Source of the DNA: Callorhinchus milii
Lineage: Eukaryota
Reading direction: 5' to 3'
DNA length: 64,000 nt
Assembly: GCF_018977255.1 (NCBI RefSeq)
Contig: NW_024704742.1
Location: 111,416,001 to 111,480,000, forward strand
Part shown: positions 38,057 through 50,311 of the stretch, piece by piece
Position numbering within the stretch: the first letter of the stretch is position 1
How the letters are laid out: every line of letters begins with the position of its first letter
Notes under the pieces: generated by a model
What the model was told of the DNA's origin: nothing
Databases searched by the model: none
The model's input: only the letters and a program-made list of their open reading frames with translations
Translations under genes and position numbers: made by a program

Positions 38057-38287
38057 TCCTTGCTTTTGATATAGTGCTTTTCACATCGGGAGGACGTCCC
38101 AAAGCGCTTCACAGAACACACTGTAAAGTGAATTGACTGTATATTTGTGGGTGAACGCGGCCCACAAATATATTATTATAAGGCGTGTGGAGTAAGGAAG
38201 CTTGCCCAAGGTTTCGCCCTGCCTGGAATTGAACCCAGGTGTCTCACTTGCAAAGTGAGTGCTCTAACCACTGAGCTACAGGACTCC
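38026..38287 (-). mobile_element. SINE family A, short form lacking the central core
   Basis: Intact head GGAGTCCTGTAGCTCAGTGGTTAGAGCAC...GGTTCAATTCC; (AAT)n tail. Confidence 0.9.
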
Positions 38288-39574
38288 ACAATATGTTACG
38301 CTCCTGGTCACTAAGGCAATGGTTCTGCATGGTGTGCACAGTGAGTGAGAGCAGGATTGAGTTTGGCTGTTTTGTCACCACTGTCACAAATCTGTTACCT
38401 CATAGCCACTTGTACTGGATGCTGGATGGCACTTGCAGAACAGCATTTCGGCAAGAATATGTAATTTCAGGAAAGGAGGGGATAAAAATAGAAAAATAGA
38501 AAGGGAAAGAAATAAAACAAAGAAAAAAAGACATCGGCTATACAATGGGGTGAAAAATATGGTGTTTCATAACAGATTCGATGCACACAGCAAATTGTTC
38601 CGAAACTTCACAGTTGATCATCCCATCGTGGTAACTAGTTTGAAACAGCTTCAGCTACATTGCAGCGTCTGTCCACCAAGGCTACAATAACAGGTCTGCT
38701 TCACTCCTGAGACAAGTGCTCATGTTGGGAGAGAGTTGAGGCAAGATAGAAGTCGGATACATATGAACATTTGAACTATTAAAAGTGTCGTTGTTTAAGT
38801 GCTGGCTTACCAGAATGAAAAGTGCCTGGGTTGTTTGACGGAGACATGAAGAGGGACAGGCATCCAGCAACCAGTAATTACAACTATGTAGCAATTATCA
38901 GCAATTAGAAATACATAGCAATTACATGTAGCAATTATCTTATCACCAAAAATGCTGTGGCATCCCTATTACCGATTTTTTTTGCATTTGTGTTTGCAGC
39001 TTGTACGGTTACAATGCAGTTTAACCACATACTATATTTAGCAGCTGTGTTTTAACACTATATTCACAGGCAGCCTCCGATGTGATTGGGGTTTTGTTTG
39101 TAGTCCTCGATATAGAGTGTGGCTTTAAGCTTACGTGTTTGACGTGTACACTGTTATTTTATTTTAAAATGTGCCTGAGTACATTTCAACGGGCTTACAA
39201 GTAATGTCTCCATTGCGATAGACTTTGTATTATTCTAGTAGATGCAGAAGACAAGAGAAGATAGGTTCATGGTTGCAGCTTGCCCAGAGTTTTCTGGTTT
39301 GGAATCCGTGGAATAGTGAGCTAAAGATCTGATCGCATATTTGTCGGATGAGATGGTAAACCAAGGTGAATGCTAAACATCCCATGAAAAGAGAAGGGAG
39401 TTTTGCCCGACGTACTGCCCAACAACCCTTCAGATAAAATTGTTTATTCACATTTTCGCTGTATGTTGGACCTTTCTGCAGCAAAAAAGTGTCTACCTAC
39501 AAGTACACAATTACTCCACTTAACAGACACGTCAATTATGCCATATCAAAGTAAAGGACAAAATAAAGGATAAA

Positions 39575-39755
39575 AAATAATTTGGTCACTCAATCCACAA
39601 CTGTTTTTAGAACACTGCTGTGCACTATTGGCTGCCACCTTTCACCCTCAAAATATATAGTCAATTCACTTTACAATATATTCTGTGAAACACTTTAAGA
39701 TGCCTCGAAGACGTGATAAGGCGCTATATCAAATGCAAGGATTATTATTATTAGT
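39575..39755 (+). mobile_element. SINE family A 3' half
   Basis: TTTGGTCACTCAATCCAC...GTGATAAGGCGCTATATCAAATGCAAGGATTATT. Confidence 0.85.
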
Positions 39756-40057
39756 AGTAGTAGTTTTATATTATTATGGGATTTGTTGGACCCCCTGCAA
39801 TTCCAGGAGCATTGAGTTTCTGATCTCAACATGGCCATGTACTAGAGGCAAAGAACAGAGAATGTCCACCTGAACAAAGCAGAATCAACCCAAGCTACTC
39901 TCCTGAACCTCGTAGATCAGCTGCTTCAGACGTACTGTATTTATCTCTAGCTCAGCCATTAGGAAGGGTGATGGTGCAGGATCTGTAAGTGGGAAGATAG
40001 AATAATGAATACATTTCAATAGATTTTTCCGCCAGTTCAATAGTTATGGTTCAGTGG

Positions 40058-40388
40058 GGGTGAAGAATGCAATATGTAATAGATGGTGGTAAATTTGTAA
40101 CATTTCATTTCATAATTATCACATCAAATCTGTTACGAAATGACGGAATTTCAGTCTATAATTATCGACTAGTTTCAGATCTGAATAGGCCTGCAGCTTT
40201 GGAACAATGGTTCACTCTATAGCAGTTTATTTAAAAAAAATTGGCAACTATTTTTGTTCAGAGTTGATTAGTATAAAACTGTATTTTTATCAGCTCATAA
40301 TAATCGTAATTTTATCATAATTATCACATTGAATCTTATAAAATGTCCCAAATTTACCATCAATTATCACATGCCACATTTCTCACCC
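40058..40388. mobile_element. MITE-like element with ~50-bp imperfect TIRs
   Basis: Left GGGTGAAGAATGCAATATGTAATAGATGGTGGTAAATTTGTAACATTTCAT vs right (reverse complement) GGGTGAGAAATGTGGCATGTGATAATTGATGGTAAATTTGGGACATTTTAT. Confidence 0.65.
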
Positions 40389-40826
40389 TGAGTATCTGTT
40401 TTCTCAACTGAACATTGGATTACATTCAATCTTTAAAATATTTTCACAATTGAATGAGGAAAGAAATCATCCCCATCAATTGTACTTTTTTAAATCAAGT
40501 TCTTTGTACTTCAGAAGACTGCAACTGCTTTCCACACTGCCATTATTTTTACCAGCAGAACAATCCAATGTTAATTTCCATCACATTTGTTAAAGAGCAC
40601 TGCCTTCATTACAGTGGTTTGTGAATTTTTTTTTGTCCAGTGAGGGTTAAAAGCATCAATTTCCTTTCATCGCATACACGTGATGAATTTATGCATTTCA
40701 CCAAATGTTCAACCGTAAGAATGTGTATTTGTAAACAAATAATGAATAAACAAATACGTTTGCAAAATGTTTTACATGGAATTAGTGCCCCTTAAAGCAC
40801 ATATGTTTTTTTAATAGAATTTGGGA

Positions 40827-41105
40827 CAGTGGGGTGAAAGTTGTAATATTTCATAACAGGTTCATAACGTTTGTTATTGAATGTATTATAAAATATGTCA
40901 TGAAACTGGACAATTTTCAATCTGTTTCTAAAGACTGGTCATTAGTATGAACCTGCCTTCGTATGAACACTTTGGGATAAAGGATTCGCCCCTAGCCTGT
41001 TAATATATCGGTTTCACATTCTTATTATGAAGACTGATAAAATCTTATAACAGATTCTATATTTAGTGAATTTGTTCTGTAACATTGCAATTTTCACTCT
41101 CATTG
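40827..41105. mobile_element. MITE-like element with ~38-bp imperfect TIRs
   Basis: Left CAGTGGGGTGAAAGTTGTAATATTTCATAACAGGTTCA vs right (reverse complement) CAATGAGAGTGAAAATTGCAATGTTACAGAACAAATTCA. Confidence 0.6.
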
Positions 41106-41268
41106 AATTTGTTCCCCATTTAACTATATATTTTGGTATTGTTTTTAGCTTACTTATTCAGTGAACGAAGACTAGAATCTTGCGCTTTATAGTGTGAAGT
41201 TAACTGCGGTAGACACAATGGAACTTCCAAATAGTCACTTATGTAACAGGCACATATGTAAGACTGAC

Positions 41269-41340
41269 CTGTATCGATCTGAAACGGTTTGTCTTTTCTG
41301 GTAATCTTCAAACATTGATCTTTATCACTCAAGTCTATGT
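41269..41340 (-). other. Candidate 72-nt symmetric phase-1 exon
   Basis: Acceptor ttgctgcttttag|AC and donor ACAG|gtcagt; open frame (D)IDLSDKDQCLKITRKDKPFQIDT. Confidence 0.25.
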
Positions 41341-41444
41341 CTAAAAGCAGCAATACTCAAAAATAACTGACGAAGAGAGACTTATTTGAAACCAAATAAG
41401 ACAAGACAATGTCCTCACAGTATTCCAGAAATAAACATGTAGAG

Positions 41445-42110
41445 CAGTTTGGCTCAGTTGCTAGCATTCTTGCTTCTCAGTCAACAAGTTGTGGGTTCAA
41501 AACCCGCATTGGGAAATGAGATCATAGTCTGTCTAGCTTAACACTCCATAGCAATTTACACCAGCAAAGAAGACTATTCGGCTCTTTTTGTCCGCGCTGG
41601 GTCTTTGAAAGAGTAATCAATTAAATTGCATTTGCTTGCCTTTTCCCCACACCCCTGCTAATTATTAAATTTCGATATCTGTCTAGTTCCCACTTCAGAG
41701 CTAATATAGATCTTGCCTCAACCACTCCACCTGGCAGAGCATCCTAACAACCCTGTGTAAAATAATTTCTCCTAATCTTCCCATTTGTTCTTTTGCTAAT
41801 TCTCTCAAATTGATGACCTCTACTAGAGTGCTCCATTGCTAAGAGAAGTTGCCTTTTAGATGAGACATTGAATTAAAGTTCTGTTTGCTTGTTAAGGTGG
41901 ATGTCAAAGATCTTGTGATTTTACTTGAAAAAGAAAGGAGGTTCTCCTGGTCTCCAGACCCCTCTGTATTCATTGCTCCTTCATCTCATGGCTGTCTATA
42001 GCAATTTGCAGCTGCAAATGGCTCCTCCATTTTCCTGCAAAATCAGTCTCTGTACTTGCCAGTAATTGCTTTTGGATGTGATAAGATACTATAAAATAAC
42101 AAGTTCTTAA
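41445..42110 (+). mobile_element. SINE family B interrupted by an antisense CR1 3' end (~41555-41825)
   Basis: Head TTGGCTCAGTTGCTAGC...GGGTTCAAAACCC; Deu domain resumes at ~41830; the intervening segment resembles the CR1 end at 50312-50600. Confidence 0.75.
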
Positions 42111-42698
42111 ACTCTGGCAGTGCTGGTGTGGATCTATACTCTGGTGTAAAATATGTGATTGACCGGTGTTTGAGTGTTACCAGACTTTGATTGTTTTTTC
42201 CCACAGTTTAACACTAAAGAGGGTTACATCTGCTTACTCAAAATCTGGGACCTGGGCATAACTTCCAGTAATGCAAAGATATCTGAGAAAATTCCTTGGT
42301 TTATAAGTGAAGTAAGACTGAGCGGTAAGCTAAGTGCAACAAAACCCAAAAGGTCAATTGTGTTTTAAGACAATGCAAATCATGCCTTTAAGTCAGCATT
42401 CACAACACTTGCCTTTACTGTCTATTTCATCTGCATGGACACTTTAAAAAGACTACATTTCTTCGGCACATTGTGGAACACACATTAGTTTCTCATCACC
42501 TAACCTTGAGGACGTGCACACTTATTTTTAGACTGTGTTTCAAAGCGAGGAGCAGGAGGAAGCAGACGCAAACAAGTCATTTGTTCAATAAGAGACAAGC
42601 CAGCTCACATCCTAAATCTTTGCTTAAAATAATGTTATTACAGTATTTTGTCTCTGCACTGCTCTGCAGCTTCCACAGATGGGAGACTGGCTGTTTAC

Positions 42699-42799
42699 CT
42701 GCGGCAAGTCCAGTGCCAGGCACTGCTGCTCTGTAACTAGTCACTAGGGTGTGTGACAGGCTTTTTGAAGTCATCCTGTGATGCGTGTTATGTGACAAC
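42699..42799 (-). other. Candidate 101-nt exon
   Basis: Long poly-C pyrimidine tract then tcgctcttctag|G acceptor; GCAG|gtaaac donor; contains AGGATGA opening MTSKSLSHTLVTSYRAAVPGTGLAA. Confidence 0.25.
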
Positions 42800-42962
42800 C
42801 TAGAAGAGCGAGGGGGGGGGGGGGGAGGGAGAGTGGCGGAGAGAAGCAAAGGAGATATAGCTTCTTGACTGAGGTCCATATACTTTCCTTTAGTGAAGTT
42901 GTGTGTCTGACACATGCGGAAATCCATCACCATGCTTAACAGTATCCAAACCAAGTTGCTGA

Positions 42963-43435
42963 GGAGTCCCGTATCGTAGTGGTTAGCATATTCTCCTCGC
43001 GAGCCTCACTTGAATTACACTATATATTATAGCGTTGTCCAAAATTTATCAAATTTGTAAATACAGCCTTACTTTTAGTTCTGAATCTTAGTGGTTAGAG
43101 CACTCGCCTTGCAAGCAAGAGGACCTGGGTTTCATTTCTTGGCTGGGCAAAACCTTAGGCAAGTTTCCGTACTCCACACGCCTCTACTTACCTAGCAGTA
43201 AGTAGGAACCCGGTTGTTAGTCGATTGATGGATCACTTTTAGGGGATAATATTCCCTCCAAAAAATTTGGGCACTCAATCCACGGTTGTTTGTGGGACAC
43301 TGCTGTGCGCAATTGGCTGCCGCATTTCGTCCACAACTGCACAGTCAATCCTCTTTACAATATATTCTGTGAAGCGTTTTGAGATGTCTCAATGACGTGA
43401 TAAGGCACTATATCAAATGCAAGGATTATTATTAT
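42963..43435 (+). mobile_element. SINE family A with a duplicated head and AT-rich spacer
   Basis: Partial head GGAGTCCCGTATCGTAGTGGTTAGC, ~75-bp spacer, then a complete SINE from ~43078. Confidence 0.88.
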
Positions 43436-45028
43436 AGTAAATATGTTATATTACTATTGTACTGAGTTCCAGATATGTATGGAAATTACTGTATCTCTGG
43501 TATGGAGTGCACACTCTCTCCCCGGAGTGACGGACCTTGTTTGCATAAATGTGGACAATTTAGGATTTAAACATTGGCCCAATCTTACTTACTTCACTGT
43601 GGTTCTTGTTGTGAAGAAAATATAGCCTCTAGTTGTGAGTCTCACTGCAGACAGCTGAGCTAAGCTCTGTTCATTTCAGTGAGTTTGGAATCGATCTCAC
43701 TCCTCGCCTTGACAGGAATCTCACAGTTTCTAGGGGTCTGACCTTGGCAACAGGGGGAACCACTGTGGAGGCATGGTTAAAGGATAATAAAAATGGAGCT
43801 ATGTTTTGGATGAATAAAAACACATTTTACCTTGGAGGACAATTTGTTATGCCAAGATTGCATTAAAAACGGAGAGGGAAAATGAGGCAGAAGGAAGGGT
43901 GTGGAGTGTGTTCCAAATGTTCACCCCCCACCAACTTTCCCTCAGAGCCATTAGGCTAAAGTAAAGCAGGGAAAGGATTCTATCAGGAATAGGCTCTTTG
44001 CTTGTAAGAGAATGCTCTGTAACCCACTAATTTTATAAATGAGTCCCTACCTTTATTAAATAAGATGAATCAAGATGATGTAAAGTTATGCTGTCACTTT
44101 GTTATCATAAAATGCAGAGCAAAATTCATTTTTATGTCCAGTAAAATAGAACTGAGCATGCAGGAGAATTACTGTACCTCTAATCTGAAAGCCTGTGACA
44201 ATATGCCACTTCTAGGTCAGGTATTGTGTAGATTAACAATGAATGCAGCTGCAGCCTTGCAGGACCAAGTCTCCTGCTGCATCAGCATTGACACTTGCAT
44301 TCTGCTCCCTCCCAATCCTTAGCCTGTCAAAGCCATGCCTGCTGGGTTACGTGTGGGATTCAAATGATTTAGCTCTGTGGGCTTGTGACCACCACTCCAC
44401 TCTAGGTTGTGATTATCAGAACTCAGCTTATTCATGACCCCTAACAGGAGCTAGCGAGCTGAGTTCCTCGTCTCTGCTATTTGAAGCCAGCTGTTTCGAA
44501 CATGAAGACTGACCATTTTATTGTTTTAGCCAGCTGTTCAATGAGATTCCATTTAACTCTTTGAACTCATCACTAAATGGCTTTCTGGTGAATGTTTCTT
44601 AATGAGGCCAAAGGTTTAATGGATGGAGCAGCATGATTGTTTGTTTGGAAATGAAGGTGTTCCAAATTCCTTTCTGAATCCATTGCTGCCTGGCTCAAAA
44701 GCAAGATATGTTCCTGTTACATAATCATGTAGTTATTACAACATAATAAGTGTTCCTTACTTCTCAAATTAATCACATTTGAATACAGTCAAATTCCTCC
44801 CATGAGACAGAGCATTAGGCTGAACAAATAAGTAAGCACCAGTAATCACAGTCACCAGCAGTCTTACCAAAGAAACTCACGTTCTGTTTGAAATGAATTG
44901 TTTTGTACTGACAAGATGTAGCCTCAGTAGTGATCTGATTATTGAACAGGTTTCAGGGGGATTCACCTCAGATAAATTCTGAAAACTAGAGCACACCGGC
45001 TAGCACTTTCTTCTCTCTCTACTTGCAG

Positions 45029-45132
45029 ATCACACAGCATTGTTCTTCCACATCAAGCTAGGACATGTGGCCCAGATGGCAGACTTCTCCCCAAACTCCA
45101 TTAAAGGTGCCCCTGCATTGGCTCTGCAAATG
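45029..45132 (+). other. Candidate 104-nt exon (plus strand)
   Basis: Acceptor ctttcttctctctctacttgcag|AT and donor ATG|gtaagg; one open frame, HTALFFHIKLGHVAQMADFSPNSIKGAPALALQM. Confidence 0.25.
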
Positions 45133-46029
45133 GTAAGGATATGGTCAGAGTACTTTGCCTCCTCCACCTTGGGTGTAATGCTTCACTTACACACAGTGAT
45201 CTATCAAGTGCCAATAATCAATGGACTGTATTGTACATGAGTAGATTTCCCTGTAATTTATTGTAACAGAAGCCTGGTAATATTGTAGACCCCATGTCAG
45301 AAATACAATACACCTTCAGGCCCGCCATCATAAATTGTTATACCTTCAAATTGGGCTCTGTAAAACTTCTTAAGTGACAGCAGAAATGGAAACACAATCC
45401 TGCAACAGCATAAAAATAAACATAAAGTAAAAACCTAGCCCTATACAGTAACCTCCTGGCTTCCTGACTCCGGGTATCTGGAATTTGTACCGAGCCGGAC
45501 TGGATTCCAAACGGAAACATTTTAAAAATGTCCTTGGGCCGTGCGTAGACTCTCGCCGGCCACTCTCTTATCACCATCGTTGCCAGAAATTCTGGCTCGC
45601 TGGCCAGATCTCCCTCCGCCCATGAGCCCAGCGATCTGAGTTTTAGTGCATGTATATATATAATTCAGTGAAATTGCAATACCCAATGTGACAATTATCA
45701 TTGGTTTAGAAGTTGAGTCAAGCTGATATTCCAAAAAGTGGCACTGAAATTACCCCATCAGGAGTGGCAATTCAAAGGCGCTGTGGTGTGAGTTGGCTCA
45801 AAGGCTTGTACAGCAGCTTTCAACCCAAACATTTTTATAAAGTTAGGGTTGGAGGAGGTGGCCCATCGTCAACTGGGACACTGTCAGGAGCAAAAATTTA
45901 TACAGTAGGAAAATTATCACATACAATACACAGTCACTACATTATTTCTTGTGAAGCACTTTGAGACGTTTTGGTGATGTGATAAGTTGCTAAATCAAGT
46001 GCAAGGATTATTGTTATTTCTCACTGATA

Positions 46030-46750
46030 AATATGGTCTTCAAATCTCTCATGTGGAATCCTCTGCAGCCCTACATTCCAGCGCATACTCTTCCCTCATC
46101 TGACTCATGGCCTTGCTCCTCCCTACCTCTGTGACTTCCTTAGCCCCTAACAACCTGTCTGCTCCCTCCGATTAGTGGGCTCCAGCCTGCTTCACGTCCT
46201 CCCATTGCCCGTTCCACCACTGGCGGGTGGGCCTTCAGCCTCTTTGCCCCCACCCTCTGGAACTCCATCCTACAGTCCCTCTGCCTCGGATTCCCCCCCC
46301 CCCCCCAACTCCTCCTTCAAGACCCGTCCCAAGATTCTCCTCTTCAACCATGCCTTCTTTCACCCTCCTACCCCTACACTTCTGGCTCTCCATCCTTCCT
46401 GATCCCAACCAGTAGCTTGGATGCAGAGCCCTAACTGTCCAGCACCTTGAGATGTCTTCCTGACATGAAAGGCGTTATACAAATGTATGTGTTGTTGTTG
46501 GTTTACTGCTCGTTCCCCAGTGCCTTTGCTCCACTATCAGTGGCTGAGTCTTCAGCCATCCCGTCCTTGTCCTTGGGAACTCTCTTCACTCTGCCTTGCT
46601 ACCCCTTGTCCTGCTGTTCTCCAAAAGCATAACCTTTTCAACCATATTTTTGATCAACATCTTAAATCTTCCGTTTTCCCTGTTACCACAACATTTGTCA
46701 AGAATTGAGACATTCATTATGTGACAGGCACTATATAAATGCAATTTGTA
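46030..46750 (+). mobile_element. Nested L2 3' ends (younger copy at ~46106-46503 inside an older copy)
   Basis: Inner copy ends in (TGT)n at ~46500; outer copy resumes CTGCTCGTTCCC...GGAACTCTCT...GGCACTATATAAATGCAA. Confidence 0.75.
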
Positions 46751-47286
46751 GGTGAAGTACAATTATCATATCAAATGTTGCATTTTCACCCAATATTAAA
46801 CATGATTATGTACCTTGCCAATTTCAGGCAGGAAGCTAATCTCAAGCATCAGGTGCTTACCGCAAAACAAAGCAGTTCAATCTGAAGGTTTATAACATAA
46901 ACTCCACCTCACTTATATCACTGCCGGCTATCCATAATTCCCTGTTTATCGGTCAGAGGTAGGAAGATTTTGGTAATGGGTATCTATGAGATTATTAGGC
47001 ACTGCCTTTAAAACTACTTGGTTGCTAAACCTATTCTTAATTTAACATCACCTGGTGTTCAAGAAATACTATTGACATAACTGATGAAAAATCAAAAATG
47101 ATTCTCATGTGATGGCCTACTGGGGGTGCTGTTGTCAATTTCATTGAAAATAAGCAGAAAATGTTCCTGCGATTATTGCCAAACTACATAATTCACCTAG
47201 TAGGGCTGGAACATTGAATTGTTAACAGACCCTAACTAATTAAAATATTCAGGCGATGATGAATCAGTGAGAAACCACTAGATATC

Positions 47287-47498
47287 TTCACAGAATACAT
47301 TGTAAAGTGAATTGACTCTATGTTTCGCCCACAAATATACAGTCAATTCACTTTAGAGTGTATTCTGTGAACCGCTTTGTGACAACAGCAACAACAAATT
47401 ACATTTGTATAGTGCCTTTCACATCGAGAGGACATCCCAAGGCGCTGGACGTCTCGAAGAAGTGATAAGGAAATGCAAGATTGTTATTCTTATTCTTA
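47287..47498 (+). mobile_element. SINE A 3' end with an inverted 5' segment and an antisense L2 tail inserted (47383-47450)
   Basis: 39-bp imperfect inverted repeat at 47287-47371; SINE tail resumes GTCTCGAAGAAGTGATAAGG after the L2 end. Confidence 0.75.
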
Positions 47499-47499
47499 T

Positions 47500-47843
47500 A
47501 TGGGCAAATTTTGAAAGGAAGCAATCAGCTTTGCTCACAGTAACCTTGGATTGAGTAAACAAATATTTTTATTTGATGGGGTGGGAATGTTGGTCAGAAC
47601 ACCAGGAGAAACTCCCTTCTTTTTTCAAATAGTGTCATACGATCTTTAACATCCACCTGAACAGGCAGACGGGAGCTCAGCTTAACGTCTCATCTGAAGG
47701 ATGGTACCTCCAACAATACAATACCCCCCAATACTGCATTAGAGTGTCAGCTTAGACTATGTGATTCCAAGTCCAGACATGGGGCTTGAATCCACATCTT
47801 CTGACTCAGATGCGAGAGTGCTCTCCCTGAGGCAGGCTGACAC
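47500..47843 (-). mobile_element. SINE family B
   Basis: Head GTGTCAGCCTGCCTCAGG...TCTGAGTCAGAAG; Deu domain. Confidence 0.85.
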
Positions 47844-48867
47844 CTAACTGTAGGTCTAAGTGGAATTTCTATCCATGTCCATGAGTGCCTTCTGTGATGT
47901 TCCTTCCTGCATTGTTAACTGGATATGACTGGGCTGTAGCAGCTTGTGTATACTTGGCACTTGATTTGTGAACCTCAACTGAATTTCAACTCATAATAAA
48001 GAATAAATATCTGTTTTATTTATGAGCCCAAACGCTTCACAACATTACAAAGCAGAGTTAAACAGCACACAGCAAGTCGATGTGAGCATGTCTCTTCATT
48101 AGTGAGCTTCCTGAGTGGCACTCCCTCTGGAAATTCTGTCTCTCACAAACAACACTGCCATCAGGGGCTCTTCCAGTAGTTTACTTGCTTCCTTCCCTCG
48201 AGACTCTTCTATGCTCTTGCAGTGTTATTAACTGTTCTGCTGCAACCTGGGGCATGATTTTCCCCTTGGCAGCTAGCAGACGATTTACAGGTGATTTTTC
48301 CTCTTGTAAATCCACTTCCATCCAAACTCTAAATTTTTTAACAAACCAGTATTCGCTAAAGGCATTGCAAGTAGACTTGACTGCCATTTTCTTTATCTGA
48401 TGCAGAGAATCGTGGACAGCAGTGGATAGTAATTACCACAAATTCAACCTTCCATTGATTCTGTCAATCATAGACAACTGCTGCCCTGGAGAACTCTCGA
48501 CCATGTAGAGGAAGCAATTTTTACTTATGCAGTAATGTTACCACTCATCGACTGTCATGTAAGCAGTGAAGCTTTGGTGCTATGGGTGGTTTTGGCGATA
48601 ATACCGCTGCACAGGATTTGCTGACTGTAGTTGAAATTTACTGCCCTGAACTAAAAAGGTAATTGAGCCCACCGTGATCTCATTTATGTTAGTCCTTAGG
48701 TATGTTTATTGGTTTTGAATCATTTATTCTGCACTCTCCTAAGTCCAATTTGAAGTAGGTTCCAACTTGTATTGTGCTACAGCCCAGTTTACTTCTCTGA
48801 GCTCTTTACTCTTCTAGGAGGCTCTGAAGAATTCAGCAGAAATCCTCCCTAGTTTGACATAATAATC

Positions 48868-49245
48868 AATAATAATCCTTGCATTTGATATAGAACCTCA
48901 TCACATCGTCGAGATGTCTCAAAGCGCTTCACAGGATATGCTGCAAAGTGAATGTGAATTTTGTGAGCGAAACCGGCAGCCATTTGCACACAGCAATGTC
49001 CCACACAGCCATGGAGTGAGTGACTCCAGGGAGTTTCTCCTGGTGTCCTGGTGAACAATCCCCCAAATAAAATTGGTCGCTCGTTTCATGGCTGTTTGTG
49101 GGATGTTGCTGTACACGTGCTGTTGCATTTGCCTACAAATACACAGTCACTTCATTTCACTGTAAAATCCTGTGAAGAGTTTTGAGACCATCTTCCGACG
49201 TGATAAGGCGTTCTATCAAATGAAAGGATTATTATTTATTATTAC
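48868..49245. mobile_element. Two Deu-SINE 3' halves fused head-to-head (minus, then plus)
   Basis: ATAATCCTTGCATTTGATATAG at left and CTATCAAATGAAAGGATTATT at right; junction at ~49027. Confidence 0.82.
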
Positions 49246-49380
49246 TTGGGTAGCAGAGATATTAAGGGGCATGACAAAAAAACAGGACATTGAAATTAAA
49301 TGATCTGCCAAATTCTAATAAACTAGTGGGACGGGTTTTAAAGCTGAATGGCCTCTTTCTGTTCCTGTTTTCGTAGGTTC
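49245..49380 (+). mobile_element. CR1 3' end relic
   Basis: GGGTTTTAAAGCTGAATGGCCTCTTTCTGTTCCTG. Confidence 0.6.
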
Positions 49381-50311
49381 CTGAGACAATGTAGGACTTT
49401 AGATGTGCACTGTTTAACTTGCTTAAAACTTGCTTTTGGAACCTTCTTTGAGCTAATCAAATTGCCTCTTGTTTTAATGTTGCTCCGGCATCGAAAATAT
49501 TGGTGGAAGTAGAAAGGCTGAAAGAGCATGTGAAATGAAAAAAGGCTAAAATAGGTTAGATCAGTTAAAAATGAACAAAATAATAAAAATACTGAAGAAA
49601 GAGAGAGAGCAGATGTGGAGAACTGAGACAAAAGAATTGCAATAAAGACAAGTTAAAGTCTTTAAATGTTTTGAAATTGTATTTTAGTGTTTCATTTTTG
49701 TAGTTGAGAGTTAATGTTATGGAATAAAGCTCTCTTGGTACTTTAGTAGTTTTAACAACAGTGCACGTGTGAATGAAAGAATATAAAACTGGTTGCCTCA
49801 GAGAAACAGGAATTTCCTGAGTTCTGATGGCACTCTGCAGATTAATACATCCCAACAACTGATTATAATATTTTCCCAAATGCTTTCATTTTTGTTTTAC
49901 AAGAATCACAAAATAATGCAATAATTCATTCTGTTTACTTTTTAAGCAAGTAATGTTTTCTCTTTAAACCCTAGTACAATGCATGACTAACATTTGTAAA
50001 AAGGTTTTCAGATTTTATAGCAAAACAGAGGCTGGAGTGCAAATATATATATATGCATATATATATATTATTGCAAATGCAGTGTAAAAAAAAACTTTAA
50101 CATTACATATTAATGAAATTTGGTACCCAGGGGATAAACATTGAAACATCCGTCAGAGTGAAGGTGATGCACCCAGGACAATTAAAACATGTTTCAATAT
50201 ATAAAATGGTTAGTGACATTATCTGCATCAATATTTTTAAAAAATGACTCGGAAAAAGATGAAGCTGCCTATTTATTCACCAGATTATCAATATTCACAA
50301 GATAAGTAGTT

